The notes under the pieces are model-generated. The model did no database searches. It was given only the letters and a program-made list of their open reading frames with translations, and had not been told where the DNA came from. A stretch of DNA of 64,000 nucleotides from a candidate division WWE3 bacterium UBA1401 (lineage in GTDB: Bacteria > Patescibacteriota > WWE3 > UBA101185 > UBA10185). Shown here one piece after another: positions 52,245-62,469 of the stretch (the first letter of the stretch is position 1; every line of letters begins with the position of its first letter). Made by a program: the position numbers and the translations under genes. The stretch spans positions 1,338-65,337 of the forward strand of contig DBQF01000003.1 of NCBI GenBank assembly GCA_002305115.1, given 5' to 3'.

Positions 52245-52689
52245 TTATAACAGCGCTAACACAATTACTAGAACTCCAAAAGCAAAAACTGCAAGCTCTA
52301 TCACAAGCACCCAACTTCCGGACAAATAAATTTTCCTAAACCAATCTTCATCCCCGTATTCTTGTCTAGTCTTTTCCAGCTCTTTGGGAGTCCAACTTAC
52401 AATAAACTTGTTGAATGAAAATTTGCCGGTTTGCTTGTTGGCAAAAAGCATGAATTGTTTTCTAGACCACGGCCATAGCCATTTTAAACCCCAACCGGGA
52501 TAAAAAGTGTCATGCACTAAATGGGAAAAGATATTTATGGCAAATAGGCTGGTCCAAAAACTTCCAAAAAATATAAACACTAAAACTGTGATAGGCAGAT
52601 AGACGATAGGGTAGTGTGTAAACTCTCTGTGAAACCCATCTTCTTTACATCCTAACTTGCCCCGGCTCAGAAGCTCAACAACTATCCAT
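52245..52689 (-). pseudogene. YdjM/DUF457-like membrane hydrolase gene lacking its 5' part
   Basis: The track ORF starts at the GTG at 52580. The frame stays open to 52689 and encodes GFHREFTHYPIV (compare the GHRGFTHS motif of YdjM-type proteins). There is no canonical start, and the N-terminal helices are absent. Confidence 0.4.
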
Positions 52690-52749
52690 CATCACACTGC
52701 AATTCTAGCAGAATAGTGACAGCGTAGTCTGATATAATCGAACGTAGCT

Positions 52750-54369
52750 ATGAATTACAACCGAGATCAAAAAATTGCTTACTTCTCTATGGAAATAGGC
52801 CTCTCATCTAAAGTTCCCACCTACTCTGGTGGTTTAGGCATACTAGCGGGAGACACCCTTAAAGCTGCTGCCGACATGCAATTTCCCATAGTCGGAGTTA
52901 CACTCCTACCAACCAAGGGCTATTTCTTTCAAAAAATTTCAGACAAAAAGCAAGAAGAAAAACCCATGGCCTGGCACGTAGATGACTTTCTTGAACATGC
53001 ACAAGCTAATGTTCAGGTTGAAATAGCCAATGAATCGGTAAACATAGGTTGCTGGGTATATGAAATTATAGGTCCGGATGACTTTGTTGTACCAATATTG
53101 TTTTTGACCACAGACCTTCCTGAGAACAGTGACCACGCCAAGGAATACACTGCTGAACTTTATGGCGACGGTAAAGATTGCCGTATAGCCCAGGAAATCA
53201 TTCTTGGAATAGGTGGCGTTAGAATGCTAAGAGAAATGCAATTTAATGCCATTCAGAAATATCACATGAATGAAGGGCATTCCGCATTTATTACCGTAGA
53301 ACTTCAGAAACAAGGAAATAATCTGGAACAAGTGCGGAACAAATGCTTATTTACAACCCACACTCCAGTACCGTCCGGCCACGACAAATTCCCAACCTAT
53401 CAAGTTGAAAAGTACTTAAGCACGGAGCTATTTGACTTGTTACCACAAAGAACAAGAGACACCGGCGAACTTAATATGACTGAACTGGCACTCGAACACA
53501 GCGGATTCATAAATGGGGTAGCTAAACAACATACCGAAGTTTCAAAAAACATGTTCCCGAATTTTCCTATACAGTCGATTACCAATGGCGTACATGCGCC
53601 TACTTGGGTCTCACCATATTTTGAAGACCTGTACAATAAATATGCACCAGGCTGGCAACAAGATCCAAGTATGCTGGCTAAAGCAATGGATATTCCATTG
53701 TTTGAGATTCAGGGGGCCCATAGGCAAGCAAAGAAGAAAATTATTGACTATGTAAATGCCACGACCAACGCAGGCTTTGATTACGATATATTTACACTTG
53801 GGTGGGCAAGAAGATTTACGGCATATAAAAGACCGGAATTTTTGTTCGCTGATAAAGACAGGCTGCTACAACTTACAGATAAAGTAGGCCCAATTCAAAT
53901 TATATATGGTGGCAAGGCACACCCCTCAGATGAAGAAGGTAAAAAACTTATTAGTGAAATTATACAGCTAAGCGCTGAGCTTGACGGCAAAATTAAACTT
54001 GCGTACATCACAAACTATGACATGTACTTGTCTAAATTTATGACTTCCGGCGTTGATGTCTGGTTGAACACCCCTCTACCTCCACAAGAGGCTTCGGGAA
54101 CCAGCGGCATGAAATGCGCTCTAAATGGCATTCCACAAGCGAGTGTACTTGACGGCTGGTGGGTGGAGGGTTGCAGAGAAGGGGAAACCGGCTGGTCTTT
54201 TGCTAATCCTGATGAGCTATATAAGCTGCTAGAGCATAATATTATGCCGGTTTTTTATAACGAACAGGAAAAGTGGGCTGAAATTATGCAAAAGAGTATT
54301 GCGATAAATGGCTCGTATTTTAATGCAAATAGGATGTTTAAGGAATATATTGAGAAAGCCTATTCATAA
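52750..54369 (+). CDS. glgP: alpha-glucan phosphorylase (GT35, short maltodextrin-phosphorylase type)
   Basis: IAYFSMEIGL..PTYSGGLGILAGD start and the PLP-Lys motif EASGTSGMK. Confidence 0.85.
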   Translation: MNYNRDQKIAYFSMEIGLSSKVPTYSGGLGILAGDTLKAAADMQFPIVGVTLLPTKGYFFQKISDKKQEEKPMAWHVDDFLEHAQANVQVEIANESVNIGCWVYEIIGPDDFVVPILFLTTDLPENSDHAKEYTAELYGDGKDCRIAQEIILGIGGVRMLREMQFNAIQKYHMNEGHSAFITVELQKQGNNLEQVRNKCLFTTHTPVPSGHDKFPTYQVEKYLSTELFDLLPQRTRDTGELNMTELALEHSGFINGVAKQHTEVSKNMFPNFPIQSITNGVHAPTWVSPYFEDLYNKYAPGWQQDPSMLAKAMDIPLFEIQGAHRQAKKKIIDYVNATTNAGFDYDIFTLGWARRFTAYKRPEFLFADKDRLLQLTDKVGPIQIIYGGKAHPSDEEGKKLISEIIQLSAELDGKIKLAYITNYDMYLSKFMTSGVDVWLNTPLPPQEASGTSGMKCALNGIPQASVLDGWWVEGCREGETGWSFANPDELYKLLEHNIMPVFYNEQEKWAEIMQKSIAINGSYFNANRMFKEYIEKAYS

Positions 54370-54372
54370 CAA

Positions 54373-54394
54373 CCGGGGCCTATGCAGACCCCGG
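54373..54394. terminator. hairpin CCGGGG-N10-CCCCGG between convergent genes
   Basis: Perfect 6-bp GC stem read in sequence. Confidence 0.45.
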
Positions 54395-54422
54395 CAAGTG
54401 CGCGTGGACTAAACTTATACAT

Positions 54423-56279
54423 CTAGAACTTCACATCTAGAGTTTCATCTTCTAGCTTTTCACCATCTTTGTCTTTGGCAATTATCGTTACTTTCGCTGA
54501 ATCCTTTTTCCTAATCTTTTCCGGCACCTCATGCTCATCAAAATCAATTTCTAATTCTTTACAGTCATCTTTACCATCTTCCATCTTAATTGGTTCTTCT
54601 TTTTCTAACTGCCAATACATATCGTAGTGTTTTGGATCTGCATCTTTAATGCATGCCCTAAACTTCACCTTACCTTCCATCTTTGAGTCTTTTTCCGGAT
54701 CAAGAATTGTAACCTTAATTTTCTTTGGCATGCCCATGTCATCTTTATCATCCTTTTTACCGTGATCCTTTTCTACCACCTCTACTTTAGCAACATCCTG
54801 GAACCACTCAATAAACTCCCAATCCTTGGTAAAAATACCTACCTTAACAGTGTATTCGCCCTGTTCAGCAGGTTTTACCTTAAACTTAGCTTTCTTCCAC
54901 GAATTACGCTCTATATCGGTAAGTTCAATAATCTCTTGATGTACCTCTTTACCGTCTTTGTCGTAAAATACAACACTAGCAATCAGCTTATCAACATCTT
55001 CCGAAGCCTTTACTTTAAGCTCACCCTTAATATTCTCATCACGCTTAACTTTGTCATCATCAAGCTTGACCTTAACCTGCAGCTCCAGTGGCTTTACCTC
55101 AGGCTTGTCTTTTTTAGTTTCTGTAGTTTCGTCCTTTTGCTCCGTAGCCTCATCCTTAACCACTTCGTCTTTGCGCTCCTCAACTTTTTCTTTCACTTCA
55201 TCTGGTTCTTTCTTGCCACCAAAGTAACTGATTAAAACTGCTTCAGCAGGTTTGTTCTGCGGGGTAAAAGAAGTACTGCCTTTACCTCCGGCGTTCGGTC
55301 TTGATTCCCACTCCCACCAGTACACTCCTTCAACATAATCTTTGGAACCCCAGTAAGACAGTAACGCCTCATACAGCTTGGCTTGCATGTCTGCATCTTC
55401 TTTGCCGTCTCTTTTATATTGATATGGGTCTTGGTTAGATTCTTCCAAGCTTCTATAGCCAACTTCTGTAAAAACAATAGGTTTCTTAAATTTGTCATAC
55501 AAAGGCTTAATTGTAGATTGTTCAATTTCAGACCAAGCCCGTTTTATTTCTTCCAAAGTTGGGCTACTTTCGTACTTCACAAGGGGGAAATATGCCGAAA
55601 GCCCCATGTGATCCAACTTGTCCCAAAAAGCAATATTAAACTTCTCGTCAGATTTATCACTTTCACCATCACCAGACCATTGGGCACTGTAAGACAGTTT
55701 CCCGGAGTATTTGGACCTAACATTGTCAATCAGTTTATTCCAGTGCGCTGTATTATCCGAGTGATATTTGTCACTTGATACCTTGCGCAATTCTGTTCCA
55801 ACCACAAGTTCCGAAACACCCTCTTGCTCACAAAGCTCAGCAAGCTGATCCATGATGTTTCCATAAGCACTAAACCAGGCATCCCTATCAGCAGGATCTA
55901 TGTTGCCGCGCCAACCTTTGTTATTTAGCTCGGGATGGGGCTTTACTACTACGTGCAGCCCTAAAGATTTACAATATTTGATTGCGTCTGATAGAGCCTC
56001 GGCGGATGGTGTAGCTCCTCCTGGCTTCAGATCGGAGCTAGTGTAATCGCTTTGATAGTATGGAATAACTAGCGTCACATAGTTAGCCCCGGTATCTGCC
56101 ATCTTTTTGACAGATTCTCTAAAAGAAGTACTTGCGAAATCATCTTTGCTTTTAGACTCAATACTGAAAGACTTTTGCCAGGAGTCTATTCCAGCTTGAG
56201 CTTTAGTGGGAAAAGATAAAGTAACTAGGGTAATTAGGAGATATATAAGTATGTTAGGCAATTTTGTATGTATGTTCAT
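54423..56279 (-). CDS. secreted TIM-barrel glycoside-hydrolase-like protein (clan GH-A-like) with a Lys/Glu-rich linker and C-terminal beta-sandwich-like repeats
   Basis: Signal peptide. GANYVTLVIPYYQ, HVVVKPHPE and IVFTEVGYRS (nucleophile-Glu context) in the N-terminal half. KEPDEVKEKVEERKDEVVKDE linker. Confidence 0.45.
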   Translation of the reverse strand: MNIHTKLPNILIYLLITLVTLSFPTKAQAGIDSWQKSFSIESKSKDDFASTSFRESVKKMADTGANYVTLVIPYYQSDYTSSDLKPGGATPSAEALSDAIKYCKSLGLHVVVKPHPELNNKGWRGNIDPADRDAWFSAYGNIMDQLAELCEQEGVSELVVGTELRKVSSDKYHSDNTAHWNKLIDNVRSKYSGKLSYSAQWSGDGESDKSDEKFNIAFWDKLDHMGLSAYFPLVKYESSPTLEEIKRAWSEIEQSTIKPLYDKFKKPIVFTEVGYRSLEESNQDPYQYKRDGKEDADMQAKLYEALLSYWGSKDYVEGVYWWEWESRPNAGGKGSTSFTPQNKPAEAVLISYFGGKKEPDEVKEKVEERKDEVVKDEATEQKDETTETKKDKPEVKPLELQVKVKLDDDKVKRDENIKGELKVKASEDVDKLIASVVFYDKDGKEVHQEIIELTDIERNSWKKAKFKVKPAEQGEYTVKVGIFTKDWEFIEWFQDVAKVEVVEKDHGKKDDKDDMGMPKKIKVTILDPEKDSKMEGKVKFRACIKDADPKHYDMYWQLEKEEPIKMEDGKDDCKELEIDFDEHEVPEKIRKKDSAKVTIIAKDKDGEKLEDETLDVKF

Positions 56280-56507
56280 GCCCCTATTTAACTAAACCTA
56301 AAACAGAAAGCTTTGAGAGTATTGTAATATCAATGTAAACAAGTACTAGCAGTCATCTTGGGCACTCCTAACGTGAAATGGTGATGTTAGCTAATAAAAT
56401 TTACACTATTCTTACAGAGAGCTGAGTTGCATAGCGGCATTCAAATAGTGGAATTCTATAAGCTGGAAGTGTATACTCATGTAATTTATTTCTGCTCGTG
56501 AGAATTT

Positions 56508-57527
56508 ATGGAAAAATTAAATGCAGCATTAATTGGATATGGTTATTGGGGTCCTAACTGGGCTAGGGTAATTGCTGAATCTGACAATTGTACATTAGCT
56601 TATTGTGCGGACACCAACATCAGAGCCAGAGAAGATATTAGTAAAAAGTACCCCTCCACAAAAGTCACGGCAAACTATAAAGAAGCGTTAGCAGCTAGTA
56701 CAGTTGATGCTGTATTTGTTATCACGCCTACCAAAACCCACTACACAATAGTTAAGGATGCCCTTAAAAGCGGAAAACATGTTTTTGTTGAGAAGCCTTT
56801 GACCTATACCGCAACAGAGGCTAATGAACTGGTACAACTTGCAAAAGCTAACGATGTAAAACTTATGGTGGGGCACATTTTTCTATTTAATCCGGCGGTG
56901 AATTTTATAAAACAGACTATTGATGACGGCACACTTGGAAAAATCAGGCATATGTTCTTTCAAAGAAGAAATTTAGGACCTATCAGACAGGATGTTAATG
57001 TGTTATGGGACTTAGCGCCACATGATATTTCCATGGCGTTACACTTCATCGGGCAAAAACCAGTTGCAGCAGTAGCAACCGGTATCAGTTACCTACAAGC
57101 AGGGGTACACGACGTTGTATCCGCAACCATAATATTTCCAGACAACATTTTGGTAAATATGCTTCTAAGCTGGATTGATCCCATTAAGATCAGAGATGTC
57201 ACTATAGTAGGAGATAAAAAAATGGTTTTATTTGATGATGTGCCAGCCACAGAAAAAGTAAAAATATTTGATAAAAACGTTAATATTATGAAAAGTAAGC
57301 AAGATGGCAGCTTCGGAGAATATCAGATATCACTTAATTCGGGAAATGTAGTAATTCCAGCCATTCAGAACAAAGAACCGCTAAAAGAGGAATTTAATCA
57401 CTTCATCAAAGCGCTTACGATTAATGAGCCAATTTTATCTGATGGCGCAAACGGGCTGGTTGTTGTGCAAGTGCTAGAAGCGTTGCAAGAATCTCTGGAG
57501 CATAATTCAAAAATGGTAAAGTTATAA
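56508..57527 (+). CDS. Gfo/Idh/MocA-family NAD-dependent sugar-nucleotide oxidoreductase (WbpB-like)
   Basis: LIGYGYWGPNWARV Rossmann start and the EKPL motif (FVEKPLT). Confidence 0.8.
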   Translation: MEKLNAALIGYGYWGPNWARVIAESDNCTLAYCADTNIRAREDISKKYPSTKVTANYKEALAASTVDAVFVITPTKTHYTIVKDALKSGKHVFVEKPLTYTATEANELVQLAKANDVKLMVGHIFLFNPAVNFIKQTIDDGTLGKIRHMFFQRRNLGPIRQDVNVLWDLAPHDISMALHFIGQKPVAAVATGISYLQAGVHDVVSATIIFPDNILVNMLLSWIDPIKIRDVTIVGDKKMVLFDDVPATEKVKIFDKNVNIMKSKQDGSFGEYQISLNSGNVVIPAIQNKEPLKEEFNHFIKALTINEPILSDGANGLVVVQVLEALQESLEHNSKMVKL

Positions 57528-57528
57528 T

Positions 57529-57993
57529 ATGGAAATATTAAATAGCAATACCAACAAAAAAACTATCAGAGACATTAAGGTAGGTAAAAACGTTAAAATC
57601 TATGATTTTGTAAATCTATATGAGTGCGAAATTGGCGACGAAACTCTGATTGGCACATTTGTAGAAATCCAAAAAGGAGTGAAAATAGGGAACAAGTGCA
57701 GGATTCAGTCCCATACTTTCATTTGTGAAGGAGTTACTATAGAGGATGAAGTTTTTTTAGGCCACGGCGTAATTTTTATTAATGATAAGAAACCATCAGT
57801 GCAAAAAACACTCGCCAAAACCTGGGAAAAGCAACCAGTCGTTGTTAAAAAAGGTGCCACAATAGGCAGCGGTGCAATCATAATGGCAGGCGTAACAATA
57901 GGCGAAAACGCATTTATAGGCGCAGGGGCAGTTGTAACTAAAGATGTACCAGCCAATACTACAGTAATTGGTGTACCTGCCAGAAAGCTTTAG
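57529..57993 (+). CDS. left-handed beta-helix (hexapeptide-repeat) acetyltransferase (WbpD-like)
   Basis: Hexapeptide repeats IGDETLIGTFVEIQKGVKIGNKCRIQSH ... IGSGAIIMAGVTIGENAFIGAGAVV. Confidence 0.75.
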   Translation: MEILNSNTNKKTIRDIKVGKNVKIYDFVNLYECEIGDETLIGTFVEIQKGVKIGNKCRIQSHTFICEGVTIEDEVFLGHGVIFINDKKPSVQKTLAKTWEKQPVVVKKGATIGSGAIIMAGVTIGENAFIGAGAVVTKDVPANTTVIGVPARKL

Positions 57994-57999
57994 CTCCTT

Positions 58000-59109
58000 A
58001 TGAAGGTAAATTTTGTTGACCTACAAAAACAGTATCAAGATCACAAACAAGAACTCGATGCTGCGGCGCTGGAAGTTTTTACTAAGTGTAATTTTATCCT
58101 TGGTAACCAGGTGGAGGAATTCGAAACTAATTTTGCTGCTTTTTGCGAAACAGCTCACGCCATTGGAGTGGCCTCAGGAACAGATGCGCTGGTACTTGCC
58201 CTAAAAGCTTTGGATATAGGACCTGGGGATGAGGTTATTACTGTTCCAAACACATATATTGCCACCGCGCTAGCAATTTCCCTTGTAGGAGCAACACCGG
58301 TTTTTGTAGACATAAATCCGCAGACATACAACATAGACACAAACAAAATTGAGGCGGCTATTAACCCAAGGACAAAAGCTATTGTACCAGTACACCTGTA
58401 TGGCCAACCTGCAGACATGGACCCGATCGCAGCCATTGCTAAAGAATATAAGTTATATGTAATAGAAGATGCCTGCCAAGCACATGGAGCACGTTATAAG
58501 GGTAAAAGGGTTGGGGGACTTGGCGATATTGCGGCATTCAGCTTTTACCCAGGAAAAAATCTAGGTGCTTACGGTGACGGGGGCGCCATAACTACAAACA
58601 ATATGAAACTGGCTGAAAAACTTAAACTATTAAGGAACTATGGCCAGAAAGTAAAATATCACCATCTGATCAAAGGTCATAATTCAAGACTTGATACAGT
58701 ACAAGCCGCAATACTAAATGTTAAGCTTAAGTACCTGGAAGAATGGAACCGCAAACGAAGAGAACACGCTCTTAAATATAAGCGACTGTTAAAGGAAAAG
58801 AACTTAGTAAAACCATACGAATTGCCAAGTACGGAACCGGTTTATCACTTGTATGTCATTCAAATAGCAAAAAGAAACGAGCTTCTCAAATATTTTGCAG
58901 AAAAAGAAATTTCTGCAGGTATACATTACCCAGTGCCAATTCATTTGCAGCCGGCATATACTGAATTAGGTTACGCTAGGGGATCCTTTCCACATACAGA
59001 AACTTATGCAGAAAAGATAATCAGTTTACCTATGTTTTCAGAGTTAACAGATGATCAGATTGAGTTTGTTTGCAACGAGCTAGCAAACTTTCAAAAAAGT
59101 ATTGCATGA
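58000..59109 (+). CDS. DegT/DnrJ/EryC1/StrS-family PLP-dependent sugar aminotransferase (WbpE-like)
   Basis: [42 protein letters not shown] (PLP-Lys). Confidence 0.85.
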   Translation: MKVNFVDLQKQYQDHKQELDAAALEVFTKCNFILGNQVEEFETNFAAFCETAHAIGVASGTDALVLALKALDIGPGDEVITVPNTYIATALAISLVGATPVFVDINPQTYNIDTNKIEAAINPRTKAIVPVHLYGQPADMDPIAAIAKEYKLYVIEDACQAHGARYKGKRVGGLGDIAAFSFYPGKNLGAYGDGGAITTNNMKLAEKLKLLRNYGQKVKYHHLIKGHNSRLDTVQAAILNVKLKYLEEWNRKRREHALKYKRLLKEKNLVKPYELPSTEPVYHLYVIQIAKRNELLKYFAEKEISAGIHYPVPIHLQPAYTELGYARGSFPHTETYAEKIISLPMFSELTDDQIEFVCNELANFQKSIA

Positions 59110-60578
59110 TTAGCCCTACAAAGCATACTGCCCTAAACTGGATACTTATTACTTTACTTATAGCAGCAAGTCTAGTCCTTAGGCTACGCAATTTAGGTTA
59201 TTCAGAATTCCAAGATGATGAAAAAAAGGCCATTATCAGGCTTGCAGAAGGTGAGACGGTAAAAGACTTTTTGCTAAGCCAGCGCAAAGGACCTATGCAG
59301 TTTTTAGTAACTCAGGCAGTACTCACAATTACGCGGGATCCCCGCAACGAGCTGATGCTACGCCTGCCGTTTGCTCTCATCAGTTTAGGCTCAATTGCAG
59401 TTTTTTACCTAATATTGACAAAATTATTCAAATCCAGGCTTGTAGCCTTTATTGGCACATTTCTCTTTATGGTAAATGGCCTCATGGTAGGATTTTCCAG
59501 AATAGCCCAATATCAAAATATAAACATACTGTTTTCTCTTTTGACTATATATCTATTTATTAAACTCACTGAAACCAGGAAAGTGTACCAAGTCTCGTTA
59601 CTGGGAACCACAGCATGGTGCATATCGTTACTCGCTCATTGGGATGCTATATTTGTGTTGATCCCATTTGCATACTTTTATATTAAATTCTTACTGCGCA
59701 AAGATATTTCCAGAACACCAAAAATCAAAATAACACTGGCAAATTTTGTGTTAGGGTGCCTATTGCTATTGCCGTTCTTAATTCCATATATAAAAACACA
59801 AGTTAACAGCACAGCTAACATGGAATACTTTGATAGACGTGTGGGAGTTAGCGAATATACATGGGACAAGCACAAGTTTATTTTCGAACTATATAACCCA
59901 CATGTCACATTAGTATTTTTGGCAGTACTGGCATTCTTTGGGTTACTAAATATAAAAAGACACCCAATGCTTATTGTTTGGTTTACTTCAAACTTCCTGT
60001 TGATTAGGTATTTCATGGAAAAACCGGGCACACATATTTACAACTATGTCATTCCTGCCATCATACTGGCGGCCTCGGGCATACAATTTCTGATGAAGTT
60101 CAAAAATACTTTTTACGTGGCATTACTATTGCCTATATTTGTGCTATGCGTATTTTTGTATTTCCAGGCTTATATACTTTTTGTAGACCATTCAAAAGAA
60201 TATCCATGGGATACCAACGAAATACTTACAACCAAGAATATTGTGCTCCAAACCGAAAGATATAAAGGCAAGGAAGTACTTACTTTTGGCTTTCCCCATT
60301 ACAGAAACTGGAAAAGAATAAACGAAATTGTAGCTTCGGACCCGGATAAGTGTACATATATAACAAACGAGGGCAAAGAAATTTCACAGATTTATATGGA
60401 TAACAAGTACGGAATCATGGAAAACAGGCCTTGTTACTACATTGTTGATGTAGCAAGACCTTTTATTACCAGAGGAACCGGCGCAGTTTTTGCCAAAGTC
60501 CAAAATAAAGAACCTGTATACACATATAGTAAAGATGGCAAGACACTTGTAAAGCTGTACAAAATAAATACTAATTAA
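59106..60578 (+). CDS. GT-C fold membrane glycosyltransferase (ArnT-like)
   Basis: Start at the ATG at 59106 (ATGA overlap with the aminotransferase gene). First-loop [11 protein letters not shown]. About 11 TM helices and a soluble C-terminus. Confidence 0.6.
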   Translation: MISPTKHTALNWILITLLIAASLVLRLRNLGYSEFQDDEKKAIIRLAEGETVKDFLLSQRKGPMQFLVTQAVLTITRDPRNELMLRLPFALISLGSIAVFYLILTKLFKSRLVAFIGTFLFMVNGLMVGFSRIAQYQNINILFSLLTIYLFIKLTETRKVYQVSLLGTTAWCISLLAHWDAIFVLIPFAYFYIKFLLRKDISRTPKIKITLANFVLGCLLLLPFLIPYIKTQVNSTANMEYFDRRVGVSEYTWDKHKFIFELYNPHVTLVFLAVLAFFGLLNIKRHPMLIVWFTSNFLLIRYFMEKPGTHIYNYVIPAIILAASGIQFLMKFKNTFYVALLLPIFVLCVFLYFQAYILFVDHSKEYPWDTNEILTTKNIVLQTERYKGKEVLTFGFPHYRNWKRINEIVASDPDKCTYITNEGKEISQIYMDNKYGIMENRPCYYIVDVARPFITRGTGAVFAKVQNKEPVYTYSKDGKTLVKLYKINTN

Positions 60579-60579
60579 A

Positions 60580-61089
60580 CTATTTCTTGGTATAAAACGA
60601 GACTACCAAATCTTCATTTATTGTTTGATCTATCTCTTCTCTGGTTGGTTTCCTTTTCATATAGCCTGCTGTGCCTTTTACTTCAAGCCAATCGGGAATT
60701 TTCTCAACTTCGCGTAAAATATCCTGGAAAAAGGGGTTTTCAAATAGTTTTGGGTTTAGAGCAACTTTTTGACCTGGCCGAACTTGATAAGAAGGAATAG
60801 TTACAGTGGAATCATCCACTAGGATATGACCCTGACTTACAAGCTGACGGGCTTGGCGCCTGGTACGGGTTAGCCCTAATCTATAAACTACATTATCAAG
60901 CCTGCTTTCCAGCTTCTGCAGTAACGCAACCCCGGTAGCTAACCCTGGTGTAGTGCGCGCCTCACGGGCAGCCTCAGTATAAAACCGCCTAAACTGCCTT
61001 TCTCGCATTCCGAACATACGCTTTAACTCCTGCTTTTCCCTTAGCTGCTTACCAAATGCAGATTGAGGACGGGATCTCGGCTTTTGCAT
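60580..61089 (-). CDS. rpsD: 30S ribosomal protein uS4, N-terminally short form
   Basis: GKQLREKQELKRMFGMRERQFRRFY, LESRLDNVVYRLGLTRTRRQARQLVSQGHILVDD (S4 domain). Start set to the ATG at 61089 (TATAAT, revcomp of 61096-61101, plus 6 nt). The 27 extra codons of the longest ORF do not resemble uS4. Confidence 0.85.
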   Translation of the reverse strand: MQKPRSRPQSAFGKQLREKQELKRMFGMRERQFRRFYTEAAREARTTPGLATGVALLQKLESRLDNVVYRLGLTRTRRQARQLVSQGHILVDDSTVTIPSYQVRPGQKVALNPKLFENPFFQDILREVEKIPDWLEVKGTAGYMKRKPTREEIDQTINEDLVVSFYTKK

Positions 61090-61095
61090 AACATA

Positions 61096-61164
61096 ATTAT
61101 AGAAACGCACAGTTTGATTAACAGTGAGAGCATGGTAAAAACTAAGTAAGAAATACTTTATAAT
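61096..61164. promoter_or_regulatory. back-to-back divergent -10 boxes: TATAAT for rpsD (revcomp of 61096-61101) and TATAAT (61159-61164) 6 nt before GTG 61171
   Basis: Read directly on both strands. Confidence 0.45.
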
Positions 61165-61170
61165 AAGCAA

Positions 61171-62469
61171 GTGCCTAAACTCATCAGAAGAAATAAAATA
61201 CCATTACTGCTAGCCTTCTTTGTATTTATCATCTATCTGGCAAACCTACCCATAGACTATACTAAAGACCTAAAAAACGGCCTTTACAGAAGGATGGTTC
61301 CTTCGGATGATGTTATTCCAAATACTTTCCTGCCATATCTTGTGGTTAGAGAAAAAACTTTAGTTTTTGACAAGATATTTAGTACGGTAAATTTCTTTGA
61401 TGACCCCGAGCACAAGCCAAATCCATATTTTTTAGTTAAAGCTACGGGAGGCTTTATTTGCGCATACCCAATAATTACCGGAATCATGGCTACACCAATC
61501 TATTTTGTACCATTATTGCTAAATAAGATTCCTGAGGTTACCTATCATGAAAACATTATCAAAATCGCGGCTCTTGGAAGGGTAGCAGCAGCCTTCTATG
61601 CTACAATTTCGGTGTTTTTGTTTTACAAAACAGGGGAACTAGTTAGTAGCGATAAAAAGAAGCTAGCGCTGTTCACTATCTTTTACGCACTAGGCACAAA
61701 TACATACACTGTTTCAAGTAGGGGATTGTGGATGCACACAACAGCACAAGTATTCTTTTCGCTTATTTTGTATTTGCTTTTATTAGCAGAGACCAAAGGA
61801 AAAAACTACTTCACACTAATTGGGTTACTCACAGGGTTATCTGTAGTTAACAGGCCAACGGCTATCGTTATAGCCTTTATGGTCTTTGGTTACGTGGTGC
61901 TATTCAAAAGAAAACAGTTAATCCCATTTTTGTTAGGCGCCACTCCTACAGTTATTTTCCTGGCAATATATAACTGGGCCAATTTCGGTTCACCCTTTAT
62001 AGAAGGCTATGCGGCAAGAGGTGCCGCAAACGACTGGGGGGCAAACCCGTTGATTGGCATGGCAGGTTATTTTATAAGCCCGGCTAGAGGTTTTTTATTC
62101 ATCTCCCCTCCATTACTTTTGGCGTTTGTAGGCATGTATCAAAAAATAAAAGCGCAAGACAGACTACAGACGATGCTGGCATTGGGTGTTTTGGGCTCTA
62201 TGATTATGATGGCCAGGTGGGATACCTGGGATGGAGCCAATGCCTTTGGCTGTAGAATGCTAACTGAGTACTTACCCTTTTTCGGATTATTTGCTTATAC
62301 GGTATTTATAAAACTTCCTAAAAAACTTATACTACTCATGCTTGTCCTTTTCATCTATTCTTTTTATGTACACTTTAACGCAGTGTTTAACAGGAAATCC
62401 CGCTGTGAAGGAAACGATAACTGGAATTTTTACTGCCTGAAATTCCCAACCAAAAAAGCACAGTACTAG
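61171..62469 (+). CDS. polytopic membrane protein, GT-C-like glycosyltransferase (tentative)
   Basis: About 11 TM helices. Early loop RRMVPSDDVIPNTF. GTG start. Confidence 0.45.
   Translation: MPKLIRRNKIPLLLAFFVFIIYLANLPIDYTKDLKNGLYRRMVPSDDVIPNTFLPYLVVREKTLVFDKIFSTVNFFDDPEHKPNPYFLVKATGGFICAYPIITGIMATPIYFVPLLLNKIPEVTYHENIIKIAALGRVAAAFYATISVFLFYKTGELVSSDKKKLALFTIFYALGTNTYTVSSRGLWMHTTAQVFFSLILYLLLLAETKGKNYFTLIGLLTGLSVVNRPTAIVIAFMVFGYVVLFKRKQLIPFLLGATPTVIFLAIYNWANFGSPFIEGYAARGAANDWGANPLIGMAGYFISPARGFLFISPPLLLAFVGMYQKIKAQDRLQTMLALGVLGSMIMMARWDTWDGANAFGCRMLTEYLPFFGLFAYTVFIKLPKKLILLMLVLFIYSFYVHFNAVFNRKSRCEGNDNWNFYCLKFPTKKAQY

Noticed and set aside
54900-55250. Repetitive-looking stretch considered as a tandem repeat or CRISPR-like array
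   Set aside because: It is the Lys/Glu/Asp-rich linker (KEPDEVKEKVEERKDEVVKDE…) of the secreted glycosidase-like protein. There are no regular repeat-spacer units.
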